This document shows, in pieces, positions 1-8,224 of a stretch of 37,037 bases of DNA. The stretch covers positions 3,521 to 40,557 of the forward strand of contig CAYLMF010000003.1 of NCBI GenBank assembly GCA_964385005.1, given 5' to 3'. Each line of letters begins with the position of its first letter. The stretch's first letter is position 1. The DNA is from an uncultured Bdellovibrionales bacterium (GTDB lineage: Bacteria > Patescibacteriota > Minisyncoccia > Moranbacterales > UBA1568). The notes below the pieces were generated by a model that saw only the letters and a list, made by a program, of their open reading frames with translations, made no database searches and had not been told where the DNA came from. The translations under genes and the position numbers were made by a program.

Positions 1-207
1 AAAATCGTTAAGGGAGCTGTCAAAAGCGTTATCAAAAAAACCCGTGAAGCAGCTAAAGCTGGCGATGCTAAAATGAGCAAAGAGCTTATGCAAAAGGCTC
101 AAAAGGCTCTCGACAAAGCCGTTCAGAAGAATATCATCAAGAAAAATACCGCTGCTCGTAAGAAGTCTCGTCTCAATGCCCTTATCAAAAAGGCAGCAAG
201 CAAATAA
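1..207 (+). CDS. rpsT: 30S ribosomal protein S20, C-terminal part (5' end lies outside the window)
   Basis: Frame 1 is open from base 1 to the TAA at 205-207. The translation KIVKGAVKSVIKKTREAAKAGD...NIIKKNTAARKKSRLNALIKKAASK is the Lys/Ala-rich helical S20 C-terminus. It is absent from the ORF track because no start codon lies in the window. A hairpin plus T-run follows it. Confidence 0.8.
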   Translation, partial: KIVKGAVKSVIKKTREAAKAGDAKMSKELMQKAQKALDKAVQKNIIKKNTAARKKSRLNALIKKAASK

Positions 208-218
208 GACTCTTTTCT

Positions 219-253
219 AAAAAATCCTCCGCTAGACTGCTGGAGGATTTTTT
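219..253. terminator. Bidirectional intrinsic terminator between convergent rpsT and holA
   Basis: An A-run (219-224) is followed by TCCTCC (225-230), an 11-nt loop and GGAGGA (242-247), then TTTTTT (248-253). The hairpin is flanked by A-run and T-run, so it can work in both directions. Confidence 0.7.
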
Positions 254-261
254 GTTTGTCT

Positions 262-1218
262 CTAAATTTTCCAAGCAAGCAGATCAATAGCCGTACCCTG
301 ATCTATGAGGCCTCTTTTGATATCACTATCAAATCCTCGAATAGTTGCATGAGCCCTTCTCAGTCGCTCCAAAGGAAACTCTCCCAAAACTCGTGCGAGC
401 TTACTTGCCACAAAGGGTGAGACGCCGCTGGCCTCTGCCAACATCCTATCCTGACGAATACCCTGATCATAGGCTTCTCGTAGCATAATCAATTGACGGA
501 TTTGCCAAACGCAAAGTCCGAGAATAGGTAGGGCATCTTTTTTCCAAAGAAGGGCGTTTCGAAAAAGAAGGGCGGCTTGTTTTTGGTCACCTCGTGCAAG
601 AACATCGAGCGCCAAAAAGGCAGTGTCTTCGAGCGCTGGCTCCAGAAGCATTTCTACCTCCGAAATACTCACCTGCCCAGTCTCTTTGTATACAAGTACT
701 TTCTCAAGTTCGCTATACAGCTTGGCAGTATCTTTGCCAACACGTTCCATAAAAACTCTCTCCGCCTCTCTCTCAAAAGATACCCTGTTGCCGTTCTCTC
801 CTAAAACACTCTGCACAATTTTTCTTCTTGCGTCATCACTCGGTATATCACACTGATAGAGCAGCACCTCCGGCAGAGCAAGCAGGGCCTTGGTGTACAG
901 TTCTGTTTTTTTGAGGTTACCCTCTTCTATGATAATCCAATCAAGGGTATTTTTTTTATCAGCTATTTCTTTGAGTAGTTCCGTCCGAGCCGCCTCAATA
1001 AGCAAAGACGGCTGATTCAAAACTATACATTTTGCCTGAGAAAAAAGATCTACTTCACTGGCTTCAAAAACAGACTTTAGACGCCTCGCACTAGCATCAT
1101 CTGAAAAATCAAACTCCGTAGTCTGTCCGGTGCTATTTTTACTCAAAAAAGCGCTTTTTAAAGCGCGTTTTTGTTTCAAGAGAAGGTATAAATCTGGACC
1201 AGTAACAAGAGCTATCAT
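262..1218 (-). CDS. holA: DNA polymerase III delta subunit (clamp-loader delta)
   Basis: The length (about 318 aa), the N-terminus MIALVTGPDLYLL and the helical C-terminal domain (SPFVASKLARVLGEFPLERLRRAHATIRGFDSDIKRG) are typical of HolA, and holA classically neighbours rpsT. The track ORF begins at a GTG at 1242. I prefer the ATG at 1218 because a TATAAT lies 6 nt upstream of it. The start remains uncertain. Confidence 0.7.
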   Translation of the reverse strand: MIALVTGPDLYLLLKQKRALKSAFLSKNSTGQTTEFDFSDDASARRLKSVFEASEVDLFSQAKCIVLNQPSLLIEAARTELLKEIADKKNTLDWIIIEEGNLKKTELYTKALLALPEVLLYQCDIPSDDARRKIVQSVLGENGNRVSFEREAERVFMERVGKDTAKLYSELEKVLVYKETGQVSISEVEMLLEPALEDTAFLALDVLARGDQKQAALLFRNALLWKKDALPILGLCVWQIRQLIMLREAYDQGIRQDRMLAEASGVSPFVASKLARVLGEFPLERLRRAHATIRGFDSDIKRGLIDQGTAIDLLAWKI

Positions 1219-1278
1219 ATATCTATTATAGCAAAAACCCACCGCTCTAGCGATGGGCTTGTGTATATACTTTTATGT

Positions 1279-2400
1279 CTACATGACAGGCTCCCACTTG
1301 AGGGTTTGACCTGGCTCGAGTACTTCTACCCAGATTTGACCAGGAACAAAGAGAATCTCTTCACCGTTGGCATCGTAGAACATAAGCTTACTATTGATAC
1401 TACTCTTATCTTTCTTCCACTTACCCTTTACTTCCTGCCCGTTCATATAATAGTACGCGTCTCCGCTGTCCGTGCGGTCATACCATGGATCACCGAGCTG
1501 CATATTGTTGTACTGCCCTTCAATCTGCTCTGATTCAGCAATAAGCACTACTACGTTCTTTGGAGCAACACGCTGATTGGTATTGCGATCAATATCGTCT
1601 ACATTACCCCAGATACGCTTGTAGACATTGGTAGCTTGATCATAGTCATACTCAGCTGCAAATGGTCCCGCAAAAGCCACGCGCAGATGACCTCCCTTAG
1701 CACGGTTTTCGAGAGGAGCCTCTGCCTGATGCTTATAGCCTACAAACTTATTTTCCATACTATAACCAAATTCTTTGGCGCAAGTGACAAACTTAGCCGG
1801 ATCACCATAACCACTGTCTACACCACGGTCCATACCTTCCTTACGGAAACACGGATTATCAGTACAGGCATTGGCTGATTTACCAGCATCACCATTACAG
1901 TTGATATTTTCGATTTCACCACGATCCATGATGCCCTTAGCCAAACCAACTGGATCTGATTCTGAATGTGATTCTGAGCGGCCCCATGATACAAAGACGG
2001 CATCAAGACCCTTTGCGAGACTGATAAAGTCATGACGGGCACTCCGCATAGAACCAACTTCTTTTGGAGTATTACAGATATAGACTCCCATCAAACGAGT
2101 GATAGAGGCGGTGATCACTGGCATTTCGATAACCATATCTGCTTCACTAAATCCAGCAGCTGGACGGGCAGTCACATCTCCTGGCTGCATGACCGCAATA
2201 GCACGACGATTCCAGTTCTCACAAGGAAGACCTGAGATAGGACTGACATTACCATCGTTTAGGGGTACTGGCTTGGTATCAGATTGATTTTTATTATTGA
2301 GAGTGAGTGGGGTATTGCTACTCTTTTTGAAAAGAAAAAATCCTCCCAGGGCAACCACCACCACCGCTACTGCGATAATAATTTTTTGTTTATTTGTCAT
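1279..2400 (-). CDS. DUF3048-family (YerB-like) membrane-anchored / secreted protein
   Basis: It has an N-terminal TM anchor (KIIIAVAVVVVALGGFFLF). The segment PISGLP...RRAIAVMQPGDVTARPAAGFSEADMVIEMPV..ITRLMGVY...VGSMRSARHDF matches my memory of the DUF3048 core (P-TGL, R-P-AVM, ARPQSGL, ADiVYE, ITRf-aiF, GPVRSAR). Confidence 0.7.
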   Translation of the reverse strand: MTNKQKIIIAVAVVVVALGGFFLFKKSSNTPLTLNNKNQSDTKPVPLNDGNVSPISGLPCENWNRRAIAVMQPGDVTARPAAGFSEADMVIEMPVITASITRLMGVYICNTPKEVGSMRSARHDFISLAKGLDAVFVSWGRSESHSESDPVGLAKGIMDRGEIENINCNGDAGKSANACTDNPCFRKEGMDRGVDSGYGDPAKFVTCAKEFGYSMENKFVGYKHQAEAPLENRAKGGHLRVAFAGPFAAEYDYDQATNVYKRIWGNVDDIDRNTNQRVAPKNVVVLIAESEQIEGQYNNMQLGDPWYDRTDSGDAYYYMNGQEVKGKWKKDKSSINSKLMFYDANGEEILFVPGQIWVEVLEPGQTLKWEPVM

Positions 2401-2423
2401 AGACGCTATACCTCAAATATGAA

Positions 2424-3275
2424 TTAGTGTTGGCAGGTAGTGCAGAAAAAAACACTGCGCTGTGCCATTTTGGCTCTTTTGATAATTGTACCACATTTCT
2501 TGCAGGGCTCATCTGTCCTTCTATAGACAAACAAAGCCTTCTTGAACTTGCCAGGCTGCCCATCAAGATCACGAAAGTCTCCGTCTGTAGTACCGTGCAG
2601 TCGCACTGCTTCACGGAGTACTTTTTTGACAGCCTGGAGCAATTCTTTAGATTCTGCTTTAGTAATTTTGGTAATTTTTCGTGTCGGCAAAATACCCGCC
2701 AAGAAGAGCGCTTCACTTCGATAGATATTGCCTATCCCTGCGATCAGATTTTGCTCAAGGAGCACCGGCCCTATGGCTTTGGTTTTCCGAGTACCGAGAA
2801 TAGTACGAAAAGTCTCTTCTGTAAGACGCGAAGAAAGTGCGTCTATTCCAAGAGCCTGAATAGCTGGCAGTTCCTCTACTCGAGTCTTCTCGATCAAAGC
2901 CAGCCAGCCAAACTTCCGCATATCAGAAAACTCCAGCGTGGTCTTATCCGAAAAAGTGAAAATATGATGGATATATCCGTTGACTCTGTCTTCCGTAAAT
3001 ATAGGGTCATCTTTGGTCTTAGGTGTTTTGTAGAGAAAGTGTCCCGTCATCTTGAGATGCACTACTATAGCGTATTCATTATCAAGCTCTATCACAATAT
3101 GCTTACCGTAACGCTTCGTACTCACAATAGATGCGCCATGGACACCTTGCTGAAATTCCCTGACTCCAGGCATAACCTTTTTTGGCCAACCACTCCAAAA
3201 GTCAGTAATTGTTTTGCCTACAACCTTTTGGCCTAATTGGGTGACAACCGTCTGCACTTCTGGTAATTCTGGCAT
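2424..3275 (-). CDS. mutM: Formamidopyrimidine-DNA glycosylase
   Basis: The protein starts with the canonical MPELPEV (catalytic Pro2/Glu3). It has an H2TH region (IAGIGNIYRSEALF) and a C-terminal zinc finger (CKKCG...FFCTTCQ). Confidence 0.92.
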   Translation of the reverse strand: MPELPEVQTVVTQLGQKVVGKTITDFWSGWPKKVMPGVREFQQGVHGASIVSTKRYGKHIVIELDNEYAIVVHLKMTGHFLYKTPKTKDDPIFTEDRVNGYIHHIFTFSDKTTLEFSDMRKFGWLALIEKTRVEELPAIQALGIDALSSRLTEETFRTILGTRKTKAIGPVLLEQNLIAGIGNIYRSEALFLAGILPTRKITKITKAESKELLQAVKKVLREAVRLHGTTDGDFRDLDGQPGKFKKALFVYRRTDEPCKKCGTIIKRAKMAQRSVFFCTTCQH

Positions 3276-3295
3276 AGTACTGGCTCTTATTATCT

Positions 3296-3324
3296 ATTGA
3301 CAAAATATAATATTTATGCTATAC
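3296..3324 (+). promoter_or_regulatory. Near-consensus sigma70-type promoter facing the plus strand
   Basis: TTGACA (3296-3301), a 17-nt spacer, then TATACT (3319-3324). The spacer contains the palindrome AAATAT-A-ATATTT. The promoter sits about 35 nt upstream of the ATG at 3359. Confidence 0.6.
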
Positions 3325-3358
3325 TCGACATTACGACTCAAAACAGGGAACCTTAACA

Positions 3359-3754
3359 ATGATCGTGCGCTTTATCACCGTCAGCCAAGGGAGTGTTCGT
3401 CAGACCTTCCGTATGGACACCGACGATCTTTCTGAGGTCTTTCGACTGTATCAGGAAGGTCATCACTGGAATCGTATTGCTTTTGGCGGAATGACCTCCC
3501 TTGGTCGTTCTGGCATAGCCATTGATTTCCGGGACCGTATCGTGGTCAGTGGCCACAAAATCGACCCCATCCCCTCGGAACTGCTCAATCTCGTTGAGCA
3601 CTTTGATGACTTCTCCGAAGCCATCAAGAAACTCTCCGAGGGTGGCGACGTCTTGATCCGGGGTGATGATAACAATCTCATCCTTTTCAAGTGGAACGGC
3701 CATCAGTCCGCACTTGAAGTCTTTGGACTTGGCGACGACAATGAACCCGCATAA
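3359..3754 (+). CDS. Hypothetical 131-aa protein (strand call is ambiguous; see findings)
   Basis: The ORF lies between a consensus promoter and a strong intrinsic terminator, with AGGGA 9 nt upstream of the ATG. Its codon choice (cgt, ctc/ctt, ggt/ggc, atc) matches the clear housekeeping genes here. The codon-complementary minus-strand ORF instead uses aga, acg, ccg, gga and ggg. I recognise no family. Confidence 0.5.
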   Translation: MIVRFITVSQGSVRQTFRMDTDDLSEVFRLYQEGHHWNRIAFGGMTSLGRSGIAIDFRDRIVVSGHKIDPIPSELLNLVEHFDDFSEAIKKLSEGGDVLIRGDDNNLILFKWNGHQSALEVFGLGDDNEPA

Positions 3755-3791
3755 AGTCCTCGACCTCGCTCGAGGCGCAAACCGCCCTCCG

Positions 3792-3833
3792 GGACCCTCT
3801 CTAGCAAAACTGCTAGTTGAGGGTCCTTTTTTT
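3792..3833 (+). terminator. Intrinsic terminator, plus-strand orientation
   Basis: GGACCCTC (3792-3799) pairs with GAGGGTCC (3819-3826). An inner CTAGCA/TGCTAG extension closes an AAAC loop, and TTTTTTT follows (3827-3833). No T-run follows the hairpin on the minus strand, so it should act only on plus-strand transcripts. Confidence 0.75.
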
Positions 3834-4313
3834 ATACTCTTCCCAATCTTTTTGCGAGAACTTTCCAAGCGGTTTAAACGACTCTGCGGCAACACCTCCA
3901 ACAAAACCAACTACTCCATAAAATCGTTTTTGCTTTCCTGTAATTCTCGGCTCTATCTGTACATTTTTTGGATCAATTTCCATAACGTACCGTGACTGAC
4001 CTTCTGGTAGGTAAGGGCCAATTCCAATAGTCCCCGCTATAAAAGAAAATCTTCTTCCTGTTTTTACATCCTGCTTAGGCACAAAATGAATCCCATATTT
4101 CATCACTTCCTCTGCAAACTCTTCTGGTATGGTGATGATTGGATTGATATTATTTTTAAGACATTCTGCTATAAATTCTCTGGCTTCATCGGCATCTTCT
4201 AGCCCCTCTTTGTGAACAAGGTCTATCTCAGAGTATATATCTGAAGAATTTTCTAGGCTTTCTTTTTTAGGTGTTGGCACATTCAAAAAATCAAATCTTT
4301 CCATAAAATACAC
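3813..4313 (-). CDS. Hypothetical protein (166 aa)
   Basis: This long ORF lies downstream of polA on the same strand. It starts at a GTG at 4313 with AAGG 5 nt upstream; an alternative ATG is at 4304. Its last codons run through the hairpin and T-run of the plus-strand terminator. I recognise no motif. Confidence 0.55.
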   Translation of the reverse strand: MYFMERFDFLNVPTPKKESLENSSDIYSEIDLVHKEGLEDADEAREFIAECLKNNINPIITIPEEFAEEVMKYGIHFVPKQDVKTGRRFSFIAGTIGIGPYLPEGQSRYVMEIDPKNVQIEPRITGKQKRFYGVVGFVGGVAAESFKPLGKFSQKDWEEYKKRTLN

Positions 4314-4324
4314 TACTACCTTTA

Positions 4325-6934
4325 TTAAATTTCACCCCAATTTTTACCCACACTTACCTCAACAGTAAGTGGCACACTGATAGTATACACACTCTCCAAC
4401 ACTTCCTTCAGTCGAGAGGCAAACGCATCTGCCTTTTCTTCTTTGACTTCAAAGATGAGTTCATCATGCACCTGGAGCACTGGGTAAACCTCACCTTCTC
4501 CAAACTCTTTCACGAGGTCCATAGTCTTCAGCATCGCAAGTTTCACGATATCCGCTTCCAATCCCTGGATAGGCATGTTGACAGCCATGCGCTCACCCGC
4601 TTTCATCACCTGGTTATTGGTGCTTTGAATTTCTGGCACATGGCGGCGGCGACCGAGTTCTGTTTCTACATAGCCAGTTTCTTTGGCGGCCTTGAGTGCC
4701 TGATCAATATACGTGCGTACACCAGAAAAGGTCTTGAAGTAGGTGTTGATAAATTCCTTGGCTTCCGCCTGAGTGATAGAGGCAGCAGCGGCTAAACCAA
4801 AGGCACCCATGCCATACATAATACCGAAGTTAAAGACCTTGGCCTGACGACGCATATCATAGGTCACTTCTTCTGGCTGGACTTTGTAGACAGTGGCAGC
4901 CGTAATAGTATGTACATCTTCATTTTTTCTGTATGACTCCAAAAGGGCTTTATCCTGACTCAAGTGTGCCATGATACGAAGTTCTATCTGAGAGTAATCT
5001 GCCCCTACTAGGAGGTAGCCTGGGGTGGCCTCGAAAGCCTGGCGGATCTCCTCGCTCCATTCGCTCCTGGCAGGGATGTTTTGGAGATTAGGGTTAATAG
5101 AAGAAAGTCTCCCTGTAGCTGCGATGGTTTGCTGATAGGTGGTATGGAGACGTGATTCACTGTCTGTCAGCGTCGGTAAAGCGTCGAGATACGTAGACTT
5201 CAGTTTAAAAATCTCTCGATACGATTCTATCTTGGCGGCGATTGGATACTCTCCGAGTTTCTGAAGTTCACTTGAGGCAGTCGAGATGCCCGTCTTGTTT
5301 TTCTTGATAAAGTCAGTTGGAATTTTGAGATCCACAAAAAGTACTTCTGCCAACTGCTTTGGTGAATTGATATTAAACTCTCTGCCAGCCAGCAGGTAGA
5401 TTTGCTTAGCCAATTCCTCGATAGCCGTACTCAGACGATTCGCCATATCGGCAAAACTACTCAGGTTGAGGATAATGCCCCGCTTTTCCATAACGTAGAG
5501 CACAGGAATAAGCGGCATTTCTATTTCATCAAAAACAGTTCGGATGCTTTTGGTTTTATCTTGATTACTACTTACTTCATCGAGTTTGGCATCGAGATTT
5601 TTCCAAAGCTCAAAGACGAGTTCTGCTTTGTTTTCTTTACTTTCATGAAGGACTGCCTCGCCAGCACCTGCAAGCGTACCGTCTGTAGAAACCTCTACCA
5701 TATAGAGGGCGAGGGTGATATCAAATACTCCGTTGGTAATTTCTATCCCCTCTTTGCCAAGAGCATGCATGGCGCGCTTGAGATCATACCAGCCTGTCTT
5801 GATACTCTTGTCTCCGAGAAGCTTCACAAGAGTCGCTTTGGTATCTTCGTTTATTTCTACTCGATAGCTTTCGCCCTTCTCGGTGCAAAGCTCAAGAGCT
5901 ACTAGATGAGCTCCAAACAAAGAGTCTTCACTTATTTCAATTTCACACGCAAGCTTCGTATTAGAAAAGTTCTCAAGCAACGGTATCTCTTCACTTATCT
6001 TGATATTCTTAATCTTTGTTTTTTTGGTTGACTTCTTCTGCTCCGCTTCATGATTGATAACAATTTCTCCAGGAAGACGCTTAAGTAAGCTGTAGAATTC
6101 ATACTCCCGAAGAAAGGCTTCCGCTCGCGGGCGATCATAGTCATTGATCTTCATCGCTTCTTCATCGATAGCAATATCCACGTCTACTTTGATAGTTCCA
6201 AGAATGCGTGAGAGAAAAGCCTGATCTTTATCTCGCTCGAGATTTTCGAGAAGCTTACCTTTGAAATCCTCAAGATGGGCATAGATTCCCTCGATGTTAC
6301 CGTACTTCTGAATCATGGTGGTAGCGGTCTTCTGGCCTACACCTTTCACGCCAGGAATATTGTCTGAGCTGTCTCCAGCCAGACCCTTGTACTCAATCAA
6401 TTGTGAAGGGAGAAATCCATACTTAGCCGCTACTTCAGCTGGACCATAGAGCACGGTATCCTTGATGCTTTTACGCATCGTGAATACTTTTACCTGTTCA
6501 TCCACAAGCTGCAGCGTATCTGTATCTCCAGTCACAATAATCACATCATAACCCTTGTTCTTGGCTTGGACTGAGAGTGTACCTACAAGGTCATCTGCTT
6601 CAAAGCCTTCCTTCTCATAAATAGGGATTCCAAAAGCCTCTACCATTTCCTTGATAATTGGTATCTGACTATAGAGGTCATCTGGAGCAGCTTCACGATG
6701 AGACTTGTACTCCTCATAAAGGTCATCACGGAAGGTTCCGCCCGGAAGATCAAAGGTGGCAATGATGTTTTCTGGATTGAACTTCTCAATGACCGAGAAA
6801 AGAGTCAGAGCAAAACCGTAGACCGCGTGCACTGTCTCTCCGGTCTTAGTAGTTAGCGGTGGGAGACCATGATAGGCACGATGAAGAATAGCGTTTCCAT
6901 CGAGCAATATGACTGTTTTTGGCTTGTTTTTCAT
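4325..6934 (-). CDS. polA: DNA polymerase I
   Basis: The 869-aa protein has an N-terminal 5'-3' exonuclease/FEN domain (ILLDGNAILHRAYH, GDSSDNIPGVKGVG). Family A polymerase motifs are present: motif A (VGADYSQIELR), motif B (RRQAKVFNFGIMYG) and motif C (QVHDEL). Confidence 0.95.
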   Translation of the reverse strand: MKNKPKTVILLDGNAILHRAYHGLPPLTTKTGETVHAVYGFALTLFSVIEKFNPENIIATFDLPGGTFRDDLYEEYKSHREAAPDDLYSQIPIIKEMVEAFGIPIYEKEGFEADDLVGTLSVQAKNKGYDVIIVTGDTDTLQLVDEQVKVFTMRKSIKDTVLYGPAEVAAKYGFLPSQLIEYKGLAGDSSDNIPGVKGVGQKTATTMIQKYGNIEGIYAHLEDFKGKLLENLERDKDQAFLSRILGTIKVDVDIAIDEEAMKINDYDRPRAEAFLREYEFYSLLKRLPGEIVINHEAEQKKSTKKTKIKNIKISEEIPLLENFSNTKLACEIEISEDSLFGAHLVALELCTEKGESYRVEINEDTKATLVKLLGDKSIKTGWYDLKRAMHALGKEGIEITNGVFDITLALYMVEVSTDGTLAGAGEAVLHESKENKAELVFELWKNLDAKLDEVSSNQDKTKSIRTVFDEIEMPLIPVLYVMEKRGIILNLSSFADMANRLSTAIEELAKQIYLLAGREFNINSPKQLAEVLFVDLKIPTDFIKKNKTGISTASSELQKLGEYPIAAKIESYREIFKLKSTYLDALPTLTDSESRLHTTYQQTIAATGRLSSINPNLQNIPARSEWSEEIRQAFEATPGYLLVGADYSQIELRIMAHLSQDKALLESYRKNEDVHTITAATVYKVQPEEVTYDMRRQAKVFNFGIMYGMGAFGLAAAASITQAEAKEFINTYFKTFSGVRTYIDQALKAAKETGYVETELGRRRHVPEIQSTNNQVMKAGERMAVNMPIQGLEADIVKLAMLKTMDLVKEFGEGEVYPVLQVHDELIFEVKEEKADAFASRLKEVLESVYTISVPLTVEVSVGKNWGEI

Positions 6935-6970
6935 ATTTCAATTATACTCTCTGGCTCTATAAAGGGGAAA

Positions 6971-7714
6971 TTAGTACTTCTTCCACACCATTTCAAATAT
7001 TTGCCTCAAAGCCTTAGCTACATCTTCATTCTCTATAGCCATGCCCTGCAGGTTCTTGTAATCCTCTATCCGCACTAAATCACCTGTTACGGTAATAGCT
7101 ACTTCTGAGGAATAGTCTTTGGTAGAAATTTGCTTAATGTTTCGCCCGTACGCTTGGTCGGTCTGACGATAGCCCTCGAGCTGCTCATCTGCTGGCGCCA
7201 AGCCTCGCATCCGAATACTGTGCCGCTGCATTTTCTTGGGGTACTCTTCCTTGAAGTATTCTGTCAGTTCTGGTGAAGCATTCTTATCCGTAGCCCAAAA
7301 ACCAAGCATTTCCTCTCCCGCATGCTCCTTAAATCTATACTCAAGCATTTGCTTCATACCTTCTGTACCTTCAAAGTAGAGAGCGCTCACCTTATTCTTC
7401 TTACCTTTGGCCATGGCCAAAATCTCAGGCAAAAAAGCTCTTGCTTGAGAGAGCTCGTGTGAAGCTCGGGCAAAGGCCTCCTCAGGAGTACGAGCTACAT
7501 AGTGCTGGGTCTTCATCTGAGAAACCTTGAGCACCAGGCCTTTTTCAATCAGCTCATCCAATATGACATAGGTAGTAGGCTTTTTGAGACCACTCTTCAC
7601 CGCCACCCTATATGCAGTAGACTGGCCCAACTGCAAAAGAGCCGCGTAGACCGCTACTTGCTTATCGTTGAGACCAAGTGTTTTGAGCGCTTCTTCTATG
7701 TTCATAGACTTCAT
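6971..7714 (-). CDS. TrmB-family (winged-helix) transcriptional regulator
   Basis: The N-terminus LKTLGLNDKQVAVYAALLQLGQSTAYRVAVKSGLKKPTTYVILDELIEKGLV is the typical TrmB-type HTH. The track ORF starts at a TTG at 7741. In-frame ATGs at 7714 (preceded by GAGAG) and 7705 are more likely starts. Confidence 0.7.
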   Translation of the reverse strand: MKSMNIEEALKTLGLNDKQVAVYAALLQLGQSTAYRVAVKSGLKKPTTYVILDELIEKGLVLKVSQMKTQHYVARTPEEAFARASHELSQARAFLPEILAMAKGKKNKVSALYFEGTEGMKQMLEYRFKEHAGEEMLGFWATDKNASPELTEYFKEEYPKKMQRHSIRMRGLAPADEQLEGYRQTDQAYGRNIKQISTKDYSSEVAITVTGDLVRIEDYKNLQGMAIENEDVAKALRQIFEMVWKKY

Positions 7715-7830
7715 GGTACTCTCTTTTTCATATTTAGTCAATATTTTTGATGAATATTTTGTATTATATTATTTATGCTTTATATAAAGTATATTATACG
7801 AATATATGAGATAAATACTAGACATTATTA

Positions 7831-7859
7831 TTGACTCTTTGTCACAAAAAGGGTATACT
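7831..7859 (+). promoter_or_regulatory. Near-consensus sigma70-type promoter (P1 of the small-gene island)
   Basis: TTGACT (7831-7836), a 17-nt spacer, then TATACT (7854-7859). The spacer contains CACAAAAAGGG. The inverted repeat TCACA-N12-TGTGA (7842-7863) overlaps the -10 element. Confidence 0.65.
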
Positions 7860-7916
7860 GTGATGTTGAGTTGAGCAATCACTCACAAACGTTCTTTTCA
7901 CAAACAGGGGGTCACC

Positions 7917-8174
7917 ATGTATCTAGTTATTTCAAAAAAGGCAGATGTATTCTTCGGTGGATTTGAGTACGGACTCTTCGACAAGGAGTTCCCTTCCACC
8001 GAAGAAGCTCTCGTCTGGGTCAGAGAACGTATGAGCCGAGAAGCTCAGGCAAGGCTCACGAGTGACTACCCAGTGTTCCAGTCATTCACCACCTACAAAA
8101 TATTTTCGGAGGTCCAAATCGAAAGTATCGAAAAGGATCCCGAGGATATCTGGGACCAGGGCATAGAGCCCTAG
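7917..8174 (+). CDS. Hypothetical small acidic protein (85 aa)
   Basis: The ATG is preceded by AGGGGG (7906-7911) at 5-nt spacing and lies downstream of P1. The stop is followed 11 nt later by the repeated hairpin. I recognise no family. Confidence 0.6.
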   Translation: MYLVISKKADVFFGGFEYGLFDKEFPSTEEALVWVRERMSREAQARLTSDYPVFQSFTTYKIFSEVQIESIEKDPEDIWDQGIEP

Positions 8175-8183
8175 TTCCTAAAC

Positions 8184-8224
8184 TTGGCAGAAGTGTCTCA
8201 TCGTATTCACTTCTGCCCTCCATT
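8184..8224 (+). repeat. Copy 1 of a 41-nt perfect direct repeat containing a 10-bp hairpin
   Basis: TTGGCAGAAGTGTCTCATCGTATTCACTTCTGCCCTCCATT. GGCAGAAGTG (8186-8195) pairs with CACTTCTGCC (8208-8217) around a 12-nt loop. It is identical to 8709-8749. No T-run follows it. Confidence 0.9.

Noticed and set aside
1261-1533. A 90-aa plus-strand ORF begins at the 3' end of the DUF3048 gene region.
   Set aside because: It lies wholly antisense to the DUF3048 gene, starts at a non-ATG codon, and has no regulatory signals.
2427-3236. A 269-aa plus-strand ORF lies opposite mutM. Similar shadow ORFs lie opposite polA (5402-5905), dnaA (25590-25944), ruvB (14313-15134) and the DHH-like gene (11433-12035).
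   Set aside because: Each overlaps a gene with unmistakable family motifs on the other strand or in another frame. Their translations are Ser/Leu/Cys/Phe-rich nonsense.
3353-3910. A 185-aa minus-strand ORF (or its 117-aa version starting at the ATG at 3703) lies opposite the plus-strand 131-aa ORF.
   Set aside because: It is the codon-complementary shadow frame of 3359-3754. Its N-terminal part would overlap the 166-aa gene. It uses codons that are rare in clear genes of this window (aga, acg, ccg, gga, ggg). The consensus promoter and the T-run terminator both face the plus strand. I have not excluded it completely; see the finding at 3296-3833.
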